Notes: a model not told the origin generated them from the letters alone. DNA of 64,000 bases from Phycisphaerae bacterium (GCA_029260165.1 JAJDDT010000009.1:29074-93073), one strand, 5' to 3'; numbered from the stretch's first letter, positions 19,329 to 32,872 are shown. Program-made: numbers and translations.

Positions 19329-20917
19329 TCGAGCTATACGACACGACGTTGCGCGACGGCACGCAGGGCGAGGGTGTTTGCCTGACGATTCAAGACAAAC
19401 TGCGCATCACGTCGATGCTGGACAGTTTTGGGATGCACGTTATCGAGGGCGGTTGGCCCGGGTCAAACCCCAAAGATGCTGAATACTTCCGACGCGTCCG
19501 CACCATCAAGCTCAAGCACGCGCGGATCGCCGCGTTCGGCAGTACTTGTCGGCCATCGTTGTCACCCGGTGACGATCCGAACATCTGCGCCCTGCTCGAA
19601 AGCGAAGCGCCGGTGACGACCATCTTCGGGAAGGCGTCGACGAGGCACGTCGCGCGGGTCCTTCAAACCGATCTGAACAACAACCTGCGGATCATCGAAC
19701 AGAGCGTGTCGTTTCTCAGGGATCGCGGTCGCGACGTCATTTTTGACGCCGAACATTTTTTCGACGGCTACCTTAACGATCCCGATTACGCGTTGGCCAC
19801 GCTTAAGGCAGCAGTGGCGGGTGGGGCAAATACGATCGTGCTGTGCGATACCAATGGCGGGACGATGCCCTGGCAGATCGAGTCAGTCGTGACGCATGTC
19901 GCAAGCCTGATCAATGTTCGGTTGGGTATTCACGCACACAACGACGGTGGGTGTGCCGTCGCCAATTCGGTCATCGCCGTTCGCGCTGGCGCGACCCATG
20001 TGCAGGGCACCATGAACGGAATCGGGGAGCGATGTGGTAACGCCGATCTGTGCACTGTGATCGCCAATATCGAAATCAAGACCGACGAACGGGCGTTGCC
20101 TGTCGGCCAACTTTCCAGACTGACCGAACTCTCGCGCGGCGTGAGTGAAATCTGCAACGTCGCGCACGCAGGCAGTGCTCCATACGTCGGACGCAGCGCG
20201 TTCGCCCACAAGGGCGGGGTTCATGTGGCTGCGTTGCAACGGGAAGCGGGGTGTTATGAACATGTGGAACCCGAGCGGGTCGGAAACCGGCAACGGATTC
20301 TCGTGTCGGAACTTTCCGGCCGGGGCAACATCCGTCACCAGGCCGACAGAATCGGAATGCGCAATAACGACGACAACCGCAACGGTGTCGTGCTGTCGCG
20401 GATCAAGGAATTAGAGAACCAGGGTTTCGCGTTTGAAGCAGCGGAGGCATCGGTGGAACTGATGCTGCGACGCGAGGGACCAAATTATTTGCCGTTCTTC
20501 GAGTTGATCGATTTCATGGTGGTTGTCGAATGTCGCGAGGGCCGTGGACACCTGGCTGAGGCGAGTGTCAAGATTCGCTCGGGAGATCAGGTATTGCACA
20601 CCGCCGCAGACGGTGTCGGACCGGTCGGTGCTCTGGATACAGCCCTCCGCAAATCACTCGTTGAGAAATACCCCGCCGTCGACGGATTTCGACTGATTGA
20701 TTACAAGGTCAGAATCCTCGACGGAGGGAACGGGACCACTGCGATGACGCGGGTGCTCATTGATTCGAGCGATGGCGAAGACACCTGGAGCACGGTCGGT
20801 GCGTCGCGAAACATTATTGAAGCCAGTTGGCTGGCGCTCTACGACAGTTTTGAATACGGCTTGATGAGGGCTTACCTGGGACGTGCAAAATCGACGGCCT
20901 TGGCTGAATCTGCATGA
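19325..20917 (+). CDS. cimA: citramalate synthase-type (LeuA-related) enzyme
   Basis: ATGA overlap with leuD. IELYDTTLRDGTQGEGV, the GWPGSNPKD pattern and the C-terminal domain match the CimA-like branch rather than LeuA. The subfamily call is by eye. Confidence 0.8.
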   Translation: MIELYDTTLRDGTQGEGVCLTIQDKLRITSMLDSFGMHVIEGGWPGSNPKDAEYFRRVRTIKLKHARIAAFGSTCRPSLSPGDDPNICALLESEAPVTTIFGKASTRHVARVLQTDLNNNLRIIEQSVSFLRDRGRDVIFDAEHFFDGYLNDPDYALATLKAAVAGGANTIVLCDTNGGTMPWQIESVVTHVASLINVRLGIHAHNDGGCAVANSVIAVRAGATHVQGTMNGIGERCGNADLCTVIANIEIKTDERALPVGQLSRLTELSRGVSEICNVAHAGSAPYVGRSAFAHKGGVHVAALQREAGCYEHVEPERVGNRQRILVSELSGRGNIRHQADRIGMRNNDDNRNGVVLSRIKELENQGFAFEAAEASVELMLRREGPNYLPFFELIDFMVVVECREGRGHLAEASVKIRSGDQVLHTAADGVGPVGALDTALRKSLVEKYPAVDGFRLIDYKVRILDGGNGTTAMTRVLIDSSDGEDTWSTVGASRNIIEASWLALYDSFEYGLMRAYLGRAKSTALAESA

Positions 20918-20943
20918 GGCCCGCCGCCTTTTCGAGGACAACG

Positions 20944-22044
20944 ATGAACAAAAAAATTGCCCTGCTTCCCGGAGACGGTATCGGACCGGAGGTTGTTGCC
21001 GAGGCACGACGCGTGCTCGACGCGGTCGCCGACCGGTTTGGTTGCGAAATCCACTTCGTCGAAGGTCTGATCGGCGGTATTGCGATGGATCGGACCGGCT
21101 CACCATTTCCGCCCGAGACGATTGAGCTTTGCCTTCGGTCTGACGCGATCTTGTTGGGCGCGGTCGGAGGACCCAGGTGGGACGATCCATCCGCAAAACT
21201 GCGCCCGGAGCAGGGCTTGCTTCGTCTGCGCAAGGAACTGGGATTGTTTGCGAATCTGCGTCCCGTACGCGTACATCCCGCATTGGCTGCTTCAAGCCCG
21301 CTTCGCGCGGAGCTTCTCGAAGGCGTCGATTTGCTGGTCGTACGAGAATTGACGAGCGGGATCTATTTCGGCGAGCGAGGACGACGCAATGATTCAAACG
21401 ACGAGCAAGCCTACGACACGATGATCTATTCCGTCAGCGAAATAGAGAATATCGTCCGCCTCGCCGCGCGACTGGCCCGTTCGCGACGTGGCAAACTAAC
21501 GTCCGTGGACAAAGCCAACGTGCTGGAAGTATCGCGGTTGTGGCGCACGACGGCCGACCGCATACTCAAGGATGAATTTCCCGACATCGATGCGGAGCAT
21601 CTCCTCGTGGACGCCGCGTCGATGCACCTGATCCAGCGACCAGCCGACTTCGATGTCGTCGTGACCGGAAACCTGTTCGGCGACATCCTGACGGACGAAG
21701 CCTCGGTGTTGGCTGGATCAATGGGACTGCTGCCGTCGGCTTCTGTCGGCGAGAGCGGACCCGGATTGTACGAACCGATTCATGGATCGGCTCCGGATAT
21801 CGCAGGTTGCAGCATCGCCAATCCCATCGGCATGATTCTCAGTGCAGCCATGATGTGTGCCGAATCACTCCGTTGGCCTGAAGCTGCCTCCTGCATCGAG
21901 TCCGCCGTCGATCATGTGATCCGAAGTGGTGCACGAACGTTGGATATCAGGCGGAAGGGCGAACCGGTGGTCGGCACGACCGAGATGGGCGGGCGAATCG
22001 CAGACGCCGCAAAATCGATCGACGTTGCGACGTCGGCGGCATGA
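20944..22044 (+). CDS. leuB: 3-isopropylmalate dehydrogenase
   Basis: KIALLPGDGIGPEV, NLFGDILTDEASVLAGSMGLLPSAS. Confidence 0.95.
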   Translation: MNKKIALLPGDGIGPEVVAEARRVLDAVADRFGCEIHFVEGLIGGIAMDRTGSPFPPETIELCLRSDAILLGAVGGPRWDDPSAKLRPEQGLLRLRKELGLFANLRPVRVHPALAASSPLRAELLEGVDLLVVRELTSGIYFGERGRRNDSNDEQAYDTMIYSVSEIENIVRLAARLARSRRGKLTSVDKANVLEVSRLWRTTADRILKDEFPDIDAEHLLVDAASMHLIQRPADFDVVVTGNLFGDILTDEASVLAGSMGLLPSASVGESGPGLYEPIHGSAPDIAGCSIANPIGMILSAAMMCAESLRWPEAASCIESAVDHVIRSGARTLDIRRKGEPVVGTTEMGGRIADAAKSIDVATSAA

Positions 22045-22051
22045 TAAAAAT

Positions 22052-23740
<1,689 letters not shown>

Positions 23741-23788
23741 TCTATAGGGATGATCAAACGCGAGCCATTATTCGTCCGCGGGCGTTCC

Positions 23789-25303
23789 TCAACGCGCGGT
23801 CAGGGGTGGTCGGGGAAGATCGCCTTCGCCCCTTGTCGCCAGTTGTGTCGAACCCATGAGATATCGATCAACGCCACACGCCGCGTCACGCCCTTCAGCA
23901 ATCGCCCACACGACCAACGATTGACCACGACGTATGTCTCCGCAGGCGAACACACCATCGACACTCGTCCTGTACATCTCGTCCGCCTGAACACACCCAC
24001 GTTGATCCAGTTGTACGCCGAACTGACCGATGATTCCGTCCGTTTCCGGGCTTACGAATCCCATCGCCAACAAAACGAGGTCCGCAGGCCAGCTCTTCTC
24101 AGAACCCGGAACCGTGCACATCCTGGATCCCGATCCATCCCCCGAAGGCTGCCAATCGACCGCGACGGCCTCCAGGCTTTTGACCCGACCGCGATCGCCG
24201 TTGAATCGGTTCGTCAGGATATTCCAGTGACGCTCGCAGCCCTCCTCGTGCGAACTGCTCGTGCGCAATTTCGCCGGCCAGTAAGGCCAGGGCTGATGAT
24301 CGGGGCGACCCTCCGGAGGTTTGGCGAGAAGCTCGAACTGCGTCACGCTCGCCGCCCCTTGTCGCGTGCTTGTGCCGACGCAATCCGATCCGGTGTCGCC
24401 ACCGCCGATGACGATCACATGTTTGTCCCGCGCGACGATATCCGCTCGATCGTCGCTGAACCACCAACCCCCATCGCACCACGCGACCGACTCACCAGCC
24501 ACCCGCCTGTTCTGTTGTGGCAGGAAGTCCATAGCCAGATGCACGCCGTCCAGCTCCCGACCGGGAATCGCCAGATCGCGTGCTTTTGTTGCCCCAACGC
24601 ACAACACAACGGCATCGAACTCATCGACGAGTTGGTAGGCTGTTACGTCCACGCCAACGTTCACACCAGTCTTGAAAATGACTCCCTCAGCCATCATCAA
24701 CGCCAGCCGACGATCGACGACCGATTTCTCCATCTTGAAATCGGGAATGCCGTACCGCAAAAGACCTCCGATTCGATCTGCTCGTTCAAACACGGTGACA
24801 AGGTGGCCAGCGCGATTCAACTGCTCCGCGCACGCCAAACCCGCCGGTCCGGACCCGACGACAGCCACGCACTTCCCCGTTCGCTTCGCGGGCGGTCGCG
24901 ACGTGATCCATCCCGATTCAAACGCCCGCTCGATGATCGACCGCTCGATGTTCTTGATCGTCACCGGTAGCTCATTGATCCCCAACACACACGCTTCCTC
25001 ACAAGGAGCGGGACAGACGCGACCGGTAATCTCGGGAAAGTTGTTGGTCGAATGAAGCGCCGCAATCGCTCGCTGCCAATCGTTCTGATACACGAGGTCA
25101 TTCCAGTCGGGAATGACGTTGCCCAGCGGACATCCCGTGGTGCAAAAAGGCACGCCGCAGTCCATGCAGCGAGCGCCCTGCTCCTGAAGCGTGGTCACCG
25201 GAAGCGGGATGCGAATTTCCCGATAGTGTTTGACACGCTCCGCGGGCGAGAGGTCCGCGGGAACCTCGCGTGAATACTCCATAAATCCCGTCGTCTTACC
25301 CAT
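23789..25303 (-). CDS. gltD: glutamate synthase (NADPH) small subunit
   Basis: [10 protein letters not shown] start, [27 protein letters not shown]. The ATG overlaps the gltB 3' end by 8 nt. Confidence 0.9.
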   Translation of the reverse strand: MGKTTGFMEYSREVPADLSPAERVKHYREIRIPLPVTTLQEQGARCMDCGVPFCTTGCPLGNVIPDWNDLVYQNDWQRAIAALHSTNNFPEITGRVCPAPCEEACVLGINELPVTIKNIERSIIERAFESGWITSRPPAKRTGKCVAVVGSGPAGLACAEQLNRAGHLVTVFERADRIGGLLRYGIPDFKMEKSVVDRRLALMMAEGVIFKTGVNVGVDVTAYQLVDEFDAVVLCVGATKARDLAIPGRELDGVHLAMDFLPQQNRRVAGESVAWCDGGWWFSDDRADIVARDKHVIVIGGGDTGSDCVGTSTRQGAASVTQFELLAKPPEGRPDHQPWPYWPAKLRTSSSHEEGCERHWNILTNRFNGDRGRVKSLEAVAVDWQPSGDGSGSRMCTVPGSEKSWPADLVLLAMGFVSPETDGIIGQFGVQLDQRGCVQADEMYRTSVDGVFACGDIRRGQSLVVWAIAEGRDAACGVDRYLMGSTQLATRGEGDLPRPPLTAR

Positions 25304-28300
25304 CGGATGACTCCACAACCTCAAAACCTGATGTGTCCGGCGCTTGGTCGCGACGCGAAACCGAGCGATTTTCAAGCAACACGCGCTTGTAGTCAGTTGG
25401 CATGACCTTTACGAACCGCGCCAGATACTCGTTCCATTCGTCGAGCACACGACGACCCACCGAGCTGTCCGTACAGGCGACGTGCGCCTCGATCAAACCG
25501 CGCAGCTCAGCCACGTCGTCAGGCTCCGCGATCGTCTCCAGTTCAACCATGTCCTGGTTGCACAGGAATTGTTTGAATTCACCCGTCTGATCGAAAACAT
25601 ATGCGATTCCTCCGCTCATGCCCGCCGCAAAATTCCGACCCGTCGATCCAAGCACCACGACCCGTCCGCCCGTCATGTACTCGCAACCGTGGTCCCCGAC
25701 CCCTTCCACCACCGCCCGCACGCCGCTGTTGCGAACGCAAAACCGCTCGCCCGCAATGCCCCGGATGTACGCCTCTCCGGACGTCGCGCCATAGAAAGCA
25801 ACGTTCCCGATCAGAATGTTCTCCTCAGCCACGAACGTCGACACCCTCGGTGGATAAATGATCAGCCTGCTGCCCGAAAGACCCTTGCCATAATAGTCGT
25901 TGGCGTCCCCCTCGATTTCCATGGTCATCCCACGCACCGTAAACGCCCCGAAGCTTTGACCCGCACTTCCACGAAATTTGAAATGAATCGTATCCTCGGG
26001 CAAGCCGGTCGACCCATACCTGCGCGTCACCTCGCTCGCCGTCATCGTCCCCACCGTCCGATTCGTGTTGCGAATCTCCAATTCTGTGTGCACACGCTCG
26101 CCGCGCTCAAGCGCGGGTTCAGCCAGTTTCAACAATTTCCGAGCGTCCAGCGTTTGATCAAGTCCGTGATCCTGCGGCTGCTGACAGTAGGCCCCGACGT
26201 TTTCAGGGACGTCAGGCCTGTGGAGAATCGTACTCAGGTCCAGTCCGCGTGCTTTCCAATGATCGACCGCCTTTGAAACCTCAAGCTTTTCCACACGACC
26301 CACCATCTCCTGAACGGTCCGTAACCCCAGCGACGCCATGATCTCCCGCAGCTCCTCAGCCACCAGAAACATGAAGTTGATCACATGTTCCGGTTTTCCC
26401 GCGAATTTCTTCCTCAACTCCGGATCCTGCGTCGCAATCCCAACCGGACATGTGTTCAAATGGCACTTGCGCATCATCACGCACCCGGATGCAATCAACG
26501 GGGCCGTGGCAAACCCAAACTCCTCAGCTCCCAACAAACACGCGATCGCCACGTCCCGACCCGTTCGAAGTTGACCGTCCACCTCCACCACGATTCGACT
26601 TCGCAGATCGTTCATCAGCAAAACCTGATGCGTCTCAGCCAATCCAAGCTCCCACGGAAGCCCCGCGTGCTTGATCGACGTCAACGGAGAAGACCCCGTT
26701 CCACCATCGTGACCGCTGATCAGCACCACGTCAGCCTTACCCTTGGAAACACCCGCCGCAACGGTTCCAACACCAACCTCCGAGACCAGTTTGACGTTGA
26801 TCCGGGCATGTGTATTGACGTTTTTCAAATCATAAATCAGCTGAGCAAGGTCCTCGATCGAATAGATGTCATGATGCGGCGGAGGCGAAATCAAGGGCAC
26901 ACCGGGTGTCGAATGACGTGTGCGCCCGATCCAGTCGTTCACCTTATGCCCAGGCAAATGACCACCCTCACCGGGCTTGGCTCCCTGCGCCATCTTGATC
27001 TGCAACTCGTCAGCGTTCACCAGATACTCGCTGGTCACACCGAACCGACCGGACGCGACCTGCTTGATCGCGCTGCGCATCGAATCACCCTCAGCCAGAT
27101 TCTCCGCAGCCCACGGGGACAACTCCGCCAACTCCTTGCGACGCGGATCGCCGTTGAAAAACGGCTTGAATCGAATCGGATCCTCCCCGCCCTCTCCAGT
27201 GTTGCTCTTCCCACCGATTCGATTCATCGCAATGGCCAGATTCGAGTGCGCTTCAAACGAAATGGAACCGAACGACATCGCGCCCGTCTTGAAACGCCTG
27301 ACGATTTCTCTCGCAGGCTCGACCTGATCGACCGGGATCGATTCCCCTTCAGTCACGAACTCGAACATCCCGCGCAGCGTAGCCAATTGCTTCGAATTTC
27401 GATTGGCCAACTCGCTGAACTCCGCAAAAGTCGTCGGACAATTGCCTCGAACCGCCTCAGCAAGCTTCATCAACGCCGCGGGATTGGCTTGATGATATTC
27501 CCCACGACGTCGCCACTGATACCGACCCCCACCCTCGATACGCGCATCCCCCTCCGCCGCACGCAGTGGGTAACCACTCCGGTGACGCGTCGCGCACTCC
27601 GCCGCCAGAACATCGAGACCAACCCCTCCGATCCGCGAAGGCGTGCCCGTGAAGTACCGTTCGATCACCTCCCCATTCAGCCCGACCGCTTCAACAATCT
27701 GTGCCCCGCGGTAACCGTCAAGCGTGGAAATACCCATTTTGGACATCACCTTGATGACACCCTTCTTGACAGCCTTGATGTAATTCTGCTCGATCTGATC
27801 GAAACTCAAACCCTCTTCCAGCCGCCCCTTCCCATGCATATCCGCCAGCGTTTCAAATGCCAGATACGGATTGACCGCGCCGACCCCATAAGCCAACAGC
27901 ATCGCAAAATGATGCACCTCCCGAGGCTCAGCCGATTCAAGAACCAACCCACACCGCGTGCGCGTACATTCTCGAATCAGGTGATGGTGCACAGCCGCAC
28001 ACGCCAGCAGCGCGGGCATCGCGGCGTACTCGGAATTGACACCGCGATCCGACAATATCAGCGTAGAGCATCCCTCTCGAACCGCCGCGTCAGCCGCCTC
28101 ACAAAGCTCCTCAAGAGCGTCGCGAAGCGCGTCACCCCCACCGTCCACGCAAAAGAGTATCGGGAGCGTTGTAGACCGAAGGATACCCTTGCTGCAATTC
28201 CGGATTCGTTCCAGATCGCGGTTGTTCTGCACGAAATCCTCGACACCCAGTTGACGACAGTGCAGCTCCGTCTCTTCAAACAAATCCGCTTCAGGGCCGA

Positions 28301-29966
28301 TGTTCGTCAACGTCGAAACGACCAACTCCTCGCGGATGGCATCCAGCGGAGGGTTCGTCACTTGTGCGAAAAGCTGCTTGAAGTAATCGTACAACAGCGG
28401 CGCATGCTCGCTCAAAACCGCCAGCGGTGTGTCGGTCCCCATCGATCCGATCGGCTCTACTCCGGTATTCGCCATCGGCGCGAGGATGAGTCGCAGGTCC
28501 TCGCGCGTGTATCCAAACGCTTTCTGCCGCGTCACCAGCGTATCAAAATCGTTCCCCGCAAACTTCGCCGGCTCCGGAAGATCATCCAGACGCACCATGT
28601 TGCGATCCAACCACACCCGGTAGGGTTTCCGCGCGGCAAGTTGCTCCTTGATTTCCTCATCCGGAACAATCCGCCCCGCATCCGTGTCCACGAGAAACAT
28701 CCGCCCAGGCTGCAACCGCCCCTTGAATTCAACATTCGCCGGGTCGATATCAATCACCCCGGTCTCGGAGGCCATCACGACGTAACCGTTCCTGGTCACC
28801 GTGTAACGCGACGGACGCAACCCGTTGCGATCCAACACCGCCCCAATGACCTTTCCATCCGTAAACGGAATCGACGCGGGACCGTCCCAAGGCTCCATCA
28901 TGCACGAGTGGTATTCATAAAACGCCCGCTTCGCGTCGCTCATCGTCTCATGCGATTCCCAGGCCTCGGGGATCAACATCGCGATACAATGAGGCAACGA
29001 TCTGCCCGTGTGGTAAAGCAACTCGACCGCGTTATCCAGAATAGCCGAGTCGCTGGCATGGGGGGTTGCGATTGGAAGAATCTTCGCAATGTCCTCACCG
29101 AACAACGGCGATTTGAAAAGCCTCTCGCGCGCGTGCATCCAGTTCACATTTCCCCGGAGCGTGTTGATCTCCCCGTTGTGGCACAAAAACCGGAAAGGTT
29201 GAGCCAACCCCCACGTTGGAAACGTGTTCGTGCTGTAGCGTTGATGGACCATCGCCAAACCCGACTTGAGCGATGGATCCGTCAAATCGGGATAGTAAGG
29301 CTCGACCTGCGCTGACAGCAGAAGCCCCTTATAGACCAGTGTATTCTGCGACAGGCTGGCAACATGAAAACACTCGTCGCCGTCCAGACGACCCTCGCGA
29401 ACACCCCGTTCCATCACCTTGCGGATCACATAAAGTCTGCGCTCAAACGCGTCATCGTCTCGGACACCCCCACCCCTGCCTATGAATATCTGTCGGATGA
29501 CGGGTTCACCCGCGCGCGCGATCCGACCGATCACCGAACGATCACGCGGGACATCGCGCCAACCCAGCAGTTCCTGACCCTCCTCGCGCACCACCGCCGC
29601 GAACATCTCCTCGATCGCGCGACGCCCGGCGGGGTCAGCCGGTAGAAAAACCTGCCCGATCGCGTATTCGTGCGGGTCCGGCAGTCTGATCCCGACATCG
29701 CAGGCGACGTTTTGCAGAAACTCGTGCGGCGTCTGAATCAGGATACCGCACCCGTCACCCGTCTCGGGGTCGCACCCGCAAGCCCCGCGGTGTTCGAGGT
29801 TGCGCGCAATCTCGAGCGCCTTCTCGACGATATTGTGAGACCGAACCCCGTTCAGACTCGCGATAAACCCCGCACCACACGCCGCGTTTTCAGTGTCCGG
29901 GGCGTATAAACCCCGTTTCGTGTTGTTTTCGTGTCTGGTGCGCATCATAAAACCATAGCCGGGCAA
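25296..29966 (-). CDS. gltB: glutamate synthase large subunit
   Basis: About 1550 aa. N-terminal amidotransferase Cys (ACGAGFIA), an FMN domain and a C-terminal GXGXG beta-helix domain. An alternative ATG lies about 6 codons downstream. Confidence 0.97.
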   Translation of the reverse strand: MPGYGFMMRTRHENNTKRGLYAPDTENAACGAGFIASLNGVRSHNIVEKALEIARNLEHRGACGCDPETGDGCGILIQTPHEFLQNVACDVGIRLPDPHEYAIGQVFLPADPAGRRAIEEMFAAVVREEGQELLGWRDVPRDRSVIGRIARAGEPVIRQIFIGRGGGVRDDDAFERRLYVIRKVMERGVREGRLDGDECFHVASLSQNTLVYKGLLLSAQVEPYYPDLTDPSLKSGLAMVHQRYSTNTFPTWGLAQPFRFLCHNGEINTLRGNVNWMHARERLFKSPLFGEDIAKILPIATPHASDSAILDNAVELLYHTGRSLPHCIAMLIPEAWESHETMSDAKRAFYEYHSCMMEPWDGPASIPFTDGKVIGAVLDRNGLRPSRYTVTRNGYVVMASETGVIDIDPANVEFKGRLQPGRMFLVDTDAGRIVPDEEIKEQLAARKPYRVWLDRNMVRLDDLPEPAKFAGNDFDTLVTRQKAFGYTREDLRLILAPMANTGVEPIGSMGTDTPLAVLSEHAPLLYDYFKQLFAQVTNPPLDAIREELVVSTLTNIGPEADLFEETELHCRQLGVEDFVQNNRDLERIRNCSKGILRSTTLPILFCVDGGGDALRDALEELCEAADAAVREGCSTLILSDRGVNSEYAAMPALLACAAVHHHLIRECTRTRCGLVLESAEPREVHHFAMLLAYGVGAVNPYLAFETLADMHGKGRLEEGLSFDQIEQNYIKAVKKGVIKVMSKMGISTLDGYRGAQIVEAVGLNGEVIERYFTGTPSRIGGVGLDVLAAECATRHRSGYPLRAAEGDARIEGGGRYQWRRRGEYHQANPAALMKLAEAVRGNCPTTFAEFSELANRNSKQLATLRGMFEFVTEGESIPVDQVEPAREIVRRFKTGAMSFGSISFEAHSNLAIAMNRIGGKSNTGEGGEDPIRFKPFFNGDPRRKELAELSPWAAENLAEGDSMRSAIKQVASGRFGVTSEYLVNADELQIKMAQGAKPGEGGHLPGHKVNDWIGRTRHSTPGVPLISPPPHHDIYSIEDLAQLIYDLKNVNTHARINVKLVSEVGVGTVAAGVSKGKADVVLISGHDGGTGSSPLTSIKHAGLPWELGLAETHQVLLMNDLRSRIVVEVDGQLRTGRDVAIACLLGAEEFGFATAPLIASGCVMMRKCHLNTCPVGIATQDPELRKKFAGKPEHVINFMFLVAEELREIMASLGLRTVQEMVGRVEKLEVSKAVDHWKARGLDLSTILHRPDVPENVGAYCQQPQDHGLDQTLDARKLLKLAEPALERGERVHTELEIRNTNRTVGTMTASEVTRRYGSTGLPEDTIHFKFRGSAGQSFGAFTVRGMTMEIEGDANDYYGKGLSGSRLIIYPPRVSTFVAEENILIGNVAFYGATSGEAYIRGIAGERFCVRNSGVRAVVEGVGDHGCEYMTGGRVVVLGSTGRNFAAGMSGGIAYVFDQTGEFKQFLCNQDMVELETIAEPDDVAELRGLIEAHVACTDSSVGRRVLDEWNEYLARFVKVMPTDYKRVLLENRSVSRRDQAPDTSGFEVVESSDG

Positions 29967-30333
29967 GCGAATTGCCCACTTTCACCCACCGTTCCTGAAG
30001 AACGGCGGTCCTATACGTTAATAAGGAGTACGAGTACCAGGCAGTGAATGAGTGCCGGTGTGAGACAGCCCCGTATCTGCACCGAACGCACCCCCGCCCC
30101 TTGCGTGAACAAGGTGCGCGTTACGGGCGACCGGGTTGGCACAAACAGACCGAACATACCGACAATGTAGCGGCTCACCACGCCAAACGCAAGGAAAAAG
30201 TCCGATTCGACAATCGCGACGGTCAACCCACGGTTGACCCATGCGCTGCCGGACCGTACGATGCCCCGCCTCCGAGGGGAGTCGCGCGTTGCGATGGCGC
30301 CTTTGGGTGAGTACAGCAAGGAACCCGACCTCA

Positions 30334-30561
30334 GTGGCCAAGACCGAAGCAATCGAAGTTGAAGGCATCGTCCTCAAGGCGCTCCCCAACGCCATGTTCC
30401 TCGTCGAACACGATTACGGCGAGGAAAAGCATGAAGTCCTCTGCACCATCGCCGGCAAGATGCGGAAATACTACATCCGCATCCTTCCGGGCGACCAGGT
30501 CACCGTCCACCTCTCACCCTACGACCTGAACCGAGGTCGCATCGTTTACCGAAAGCGCTGA
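30334..30561 (+). CDS. infA: translation initiation factor IF-1
   Basis: GTG start with AAGGA about 11 nt upstream. [24 protein letters not shown]...[30 protein letters not shown] matches IF-1 throughout, at about 75 aa. Confidence 0.9.
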   Translation: MAKTEAIEVEGIVLKALPNAMFLVEHDYGEEKHEVLCTIAGKMRKYYIRILPGDQVTVHLSPYDLNRGRIVYRKR

Positions 30562-30851
30562 CGTTCACCCGCCGAGAAGCCGAGAAGAACCCCTGCCAGC
30601 CGTCTGGTTCATGGCCGCAGGGGCCTGTCGATTGGGGCGAAGCATCACGCTCGTGATCAGGTTGCCGCTGCCGCGATGGAACAGCAGGTCAACGTTGCGC
30701 TCACGCGGAACAACGACCTGCCACACGGTTTTTTGTGCCCGCCGATCTTGTCATGCACCTTGTGTTCGCGATGTCTCCGTAAAACCCTTGCCACACCCAT
30801 CCACACGCGTTAGCCTCAACGGTTTGCCGAATTTCGACCGAGGAGCATCGC

Positions 30852-32207
30852 ATGCCCACCCGAAACAGCAAACCCACCCTCAAACAGCTCAAACAGAATT
30901 TCGCCGACGTCCACCCGCCCCTCACACCCGACGAAGCCATCACCGAATCATCACGCTGTTTGTTCTGCTACGACGCACCCTGCACCCGCGCCTGTCCGAC
31001 CCACATCGACATCCCCAGCTTCATCCGAAAAATAATGCACAAGGACAACGTTGGTTCTGCCGGAACGATTCTCGATTCCAATATTTTCGGAGGCTCCTGC
31101 GCCCGCGTTTGTCCAACCGAAGTCCTCTGCGAAGGGGCCTGCGTCGACAACACGATGTTGAATGCCCCAGTGCAAATCGGCAAACTCCAGCGATTCGCAT
31201 GTGACACCGCCCACGACCAAAGCTTCAACTTCTACCAACCAGGCCCCGACACAGGACAACACGTCGCCATCATCGGCGCGGGACCCGCCGGGCTGACCTG
31301 TGCCCACGAACTCCGCAAGAAGGGACACCGCGCTACCGTCCACGAAGCCCGATCCGTCGCAGGTGGACTCAACACCCTCGGCATCGCGGCTTACAAAATC
31401 ACCACCGAATTCGCCCTCACGGAAGTCGATCGCATTTTGCATCTAGGCATCGACCTGAAACTGAAATCACGCATCGACGGTGCCAAACTCGCCAAACTCC
31501 TCGACTCCCACGATGCTGTCTGCCTCGCCGTCGGTTTGGGAAACACCGCCCCCCTCAACATCCCCGGCGAAGACCACAAAGACGTCATGGAATCCCTCGA
31601 ATTCCTCTTCCAGACCCACACCAAACCGCTCAACAAGTGTCGCATCGGCAAGCATGTCGTCGTCATCGGTGGAGGCAACACCGCCATCGACGCAGCCAAC
31701 GCAGCCATCCGCCTCGGTGCAGAATCAGTCACCATCGCCTACCGACGAGACAAACAATCCATGCCCGCTTTCGACCATGAATACGAATTCGCCCTTGCAA
31801 GCAACGTTGATTTTCTCTTCAACGCCAAGCCTAAGCGATTCATGACCAAGGCGGGCAAGGTGACGGGTTTACGCTGCACTCGAACGCGATTGCAAGGCAA
31901 GGGTCGAAACGCCAAACTCGTGTCCGTCCCCAACAGCGACCACACCATCCCCGCCGACTTCATCGTCAAAGCCCTGGGACAGGAACCGCTGCTCGACCTG
32001 CTCAAATCCGTGCCCAAACTAAAAATCAACAGGAAAAACCGAATCGTCGTGGACCAGACCACCGGCGCGACGAGCGTCAAAAACCTCTTCGCCGCCGGCG
32101 ACTGCCAGGCAGACACCATGGAAGAAGTCGTCAACGCCGTCCAAAGAGGAAAAATAACCGCCGCAGGCATCCACGCGATGCTCACAGAAGGCTCGCCGGG
32201 CAGATGA
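30852..32207 (+). CDS. preT: NAD-dependent dihydropyrimidine dehydrogenase subunit PreT-like (GltD-family flavoprotein)
   Basis: SSRCLFCYDAPCTRACPTHIDIPSFIRKI, VAIIGAGPAGLTCA. It is paired with a PreA-like gene downstream. Confidence 0.8.
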   Translation: MPTRNSKPTLKQLKQNFADVHPPLTPDEAITESSRCLFCYDAPCTRACPTHIDIPSFIRKIMHKDNVGSAGTILDSNIFGGSCARVCPTEVLCEGACVDNTMLNAPVQIGKLQRFACDTAHDQSFNFYQPGPDTGQHVAIIGAGPAGLTCAHELRKKGHRATVHEARSVAGGLNTLGIAAYKITTEFALTEVDRILHLGIDLKLKSRIDGAKLAKLLDSHDAVCLAVGLGNTAPLNIPGEDHKDVMESLEFLFQTHTKPLNKCRIGKHVVVIGGGNTAIDAANAAIRLGAESVTIAYRRDKQSMPAFDHEYEFALASNVDFLFNAKPKRFMTKAGKVTGLRCTRTRLQGKGRNAKLVSVPNSDHTIPADFIVKALGQEPLLDLLKSVPKLKINRKNRIVVDQTTGATSVKNLFAAGDCQADTMEEVVNAVQRGKITAAGIHAMLTEGSPGR

Positions 32208-32761
32208 TTCGTCAACCGCAGAAGAATCCATCGAATCGTATCAAAACGAATGTAGCGTCACCCCTTGTGGGTGGCGCGATCGCTCACCGCTCTAAGAGGC
32301 TCAAGACATGGCGAAAGAGCAAATCCGTTCGGCTGCCTGAATTCGATTACAAATCACATGTACCGTACCACATCATCGTCTGCACCAGGAACCGTCAACA
32401 ACCGTTTGAAGACCAAACGCTCGCCGAAATGGTCTGCGAACAGGTTGTCGGCACTTGCGACCGCGTCAATGCCTGCCTCGGCGCGTTCTGCCTGATGCCC
32501 GATCACTTACACATGCTGATTTCCCCGGACGAGAACAGGTTGTGCTTGTCAGACATCGTAGGCCAATTCAAGGGAAAAATCACGAATCTAAGCTGGGCGC
32601 TCGGTTGGAAGGGGTAGCTATGGCAACGCCGTTTCTACGACCACATTATTCGTCACCATGAGGGCATCGCGACTGTGGCACAATATGTCTACGACAATCC
32701 GGAACGCGCTGATCTGAGCGAAGACTACGCGTATCGCCATATCGATGGTGACTTGTTATGA
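32204..32761 (+). pseudogene. REP-associated tyrosine transposase (RAYT / IS200-family HUH Y1 transposase) interrupted by an in-frame TAG at 32615-32617
   Basis: The HUH motif (PDHLHMLI) lies before the stop. In the same frame after the stop comes LWQRRFYDHIIRHHEGIATVAQYVYDNPERADL, which contains the catalytic-Tyr motif, ending at TGA 32759-32761. The N-terminal 25 codons are translated REP sequence, so the true start is unclear. Confidence 0.75.
32251..32278. repeat. REP-like palindromic element, left copy flanking the RAYT gene
   Basis: tgtagcgtcaccccttgtgggtggcgcg. It is the reverse complement of the copy at 32827-32854 with 2 mismatches, and contains a tcaccc/gggtgg hairpin. Confidence 0.75.
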
Positions 32762-32826
32762 GACCTGCGTGTTCGGAGGTTCAACTGCCCACAATGTGTG
32801 ATAACACGCCCAGCCCCCAATGCCAC

Positions 32827-32854
32827 CGCGCCGCCCACAAGGGGCGACGCTACA
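32827..32854. repeat. REP-like palindromic element, right copy (inverted) flanking the RAYT gene
   Basis: cgcgccgcccacaaggggcgacgctaca. It lies between the RAYT stop and the preA RBS. Confidence 0.75.
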
Positions 32855-32872
32855 GAATCTGAGGACCACCCC

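Noticed and set aside
26385-29315. 976-aa ORF on the plus strand
   Set aside because: It is antisense to gltB. The translation is Arg-rich and low-complexity, with no recognisable domain.
30579-30612. Hairpin cccctgc...gcagggg after infA as an intrinsic terminator
   Set aside because: The stem is interrupted by an internal loop and is not followed by a T-tract. It was not reported as a terminator.
30611-31204. 197-aa ORF between infA and preT
   Set aside because: It overlaps the preT 5' region out of frame. The translation is Arg/Pro/His-rich, with no RBS.
32798-32872. N-terminal extension of preA from the ATG at 32798
   Set aside because: The extension is a translation of the right-hand REP element. 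The ATG at 32873 has a GAGGA RBS, and the PreA homology starts there.
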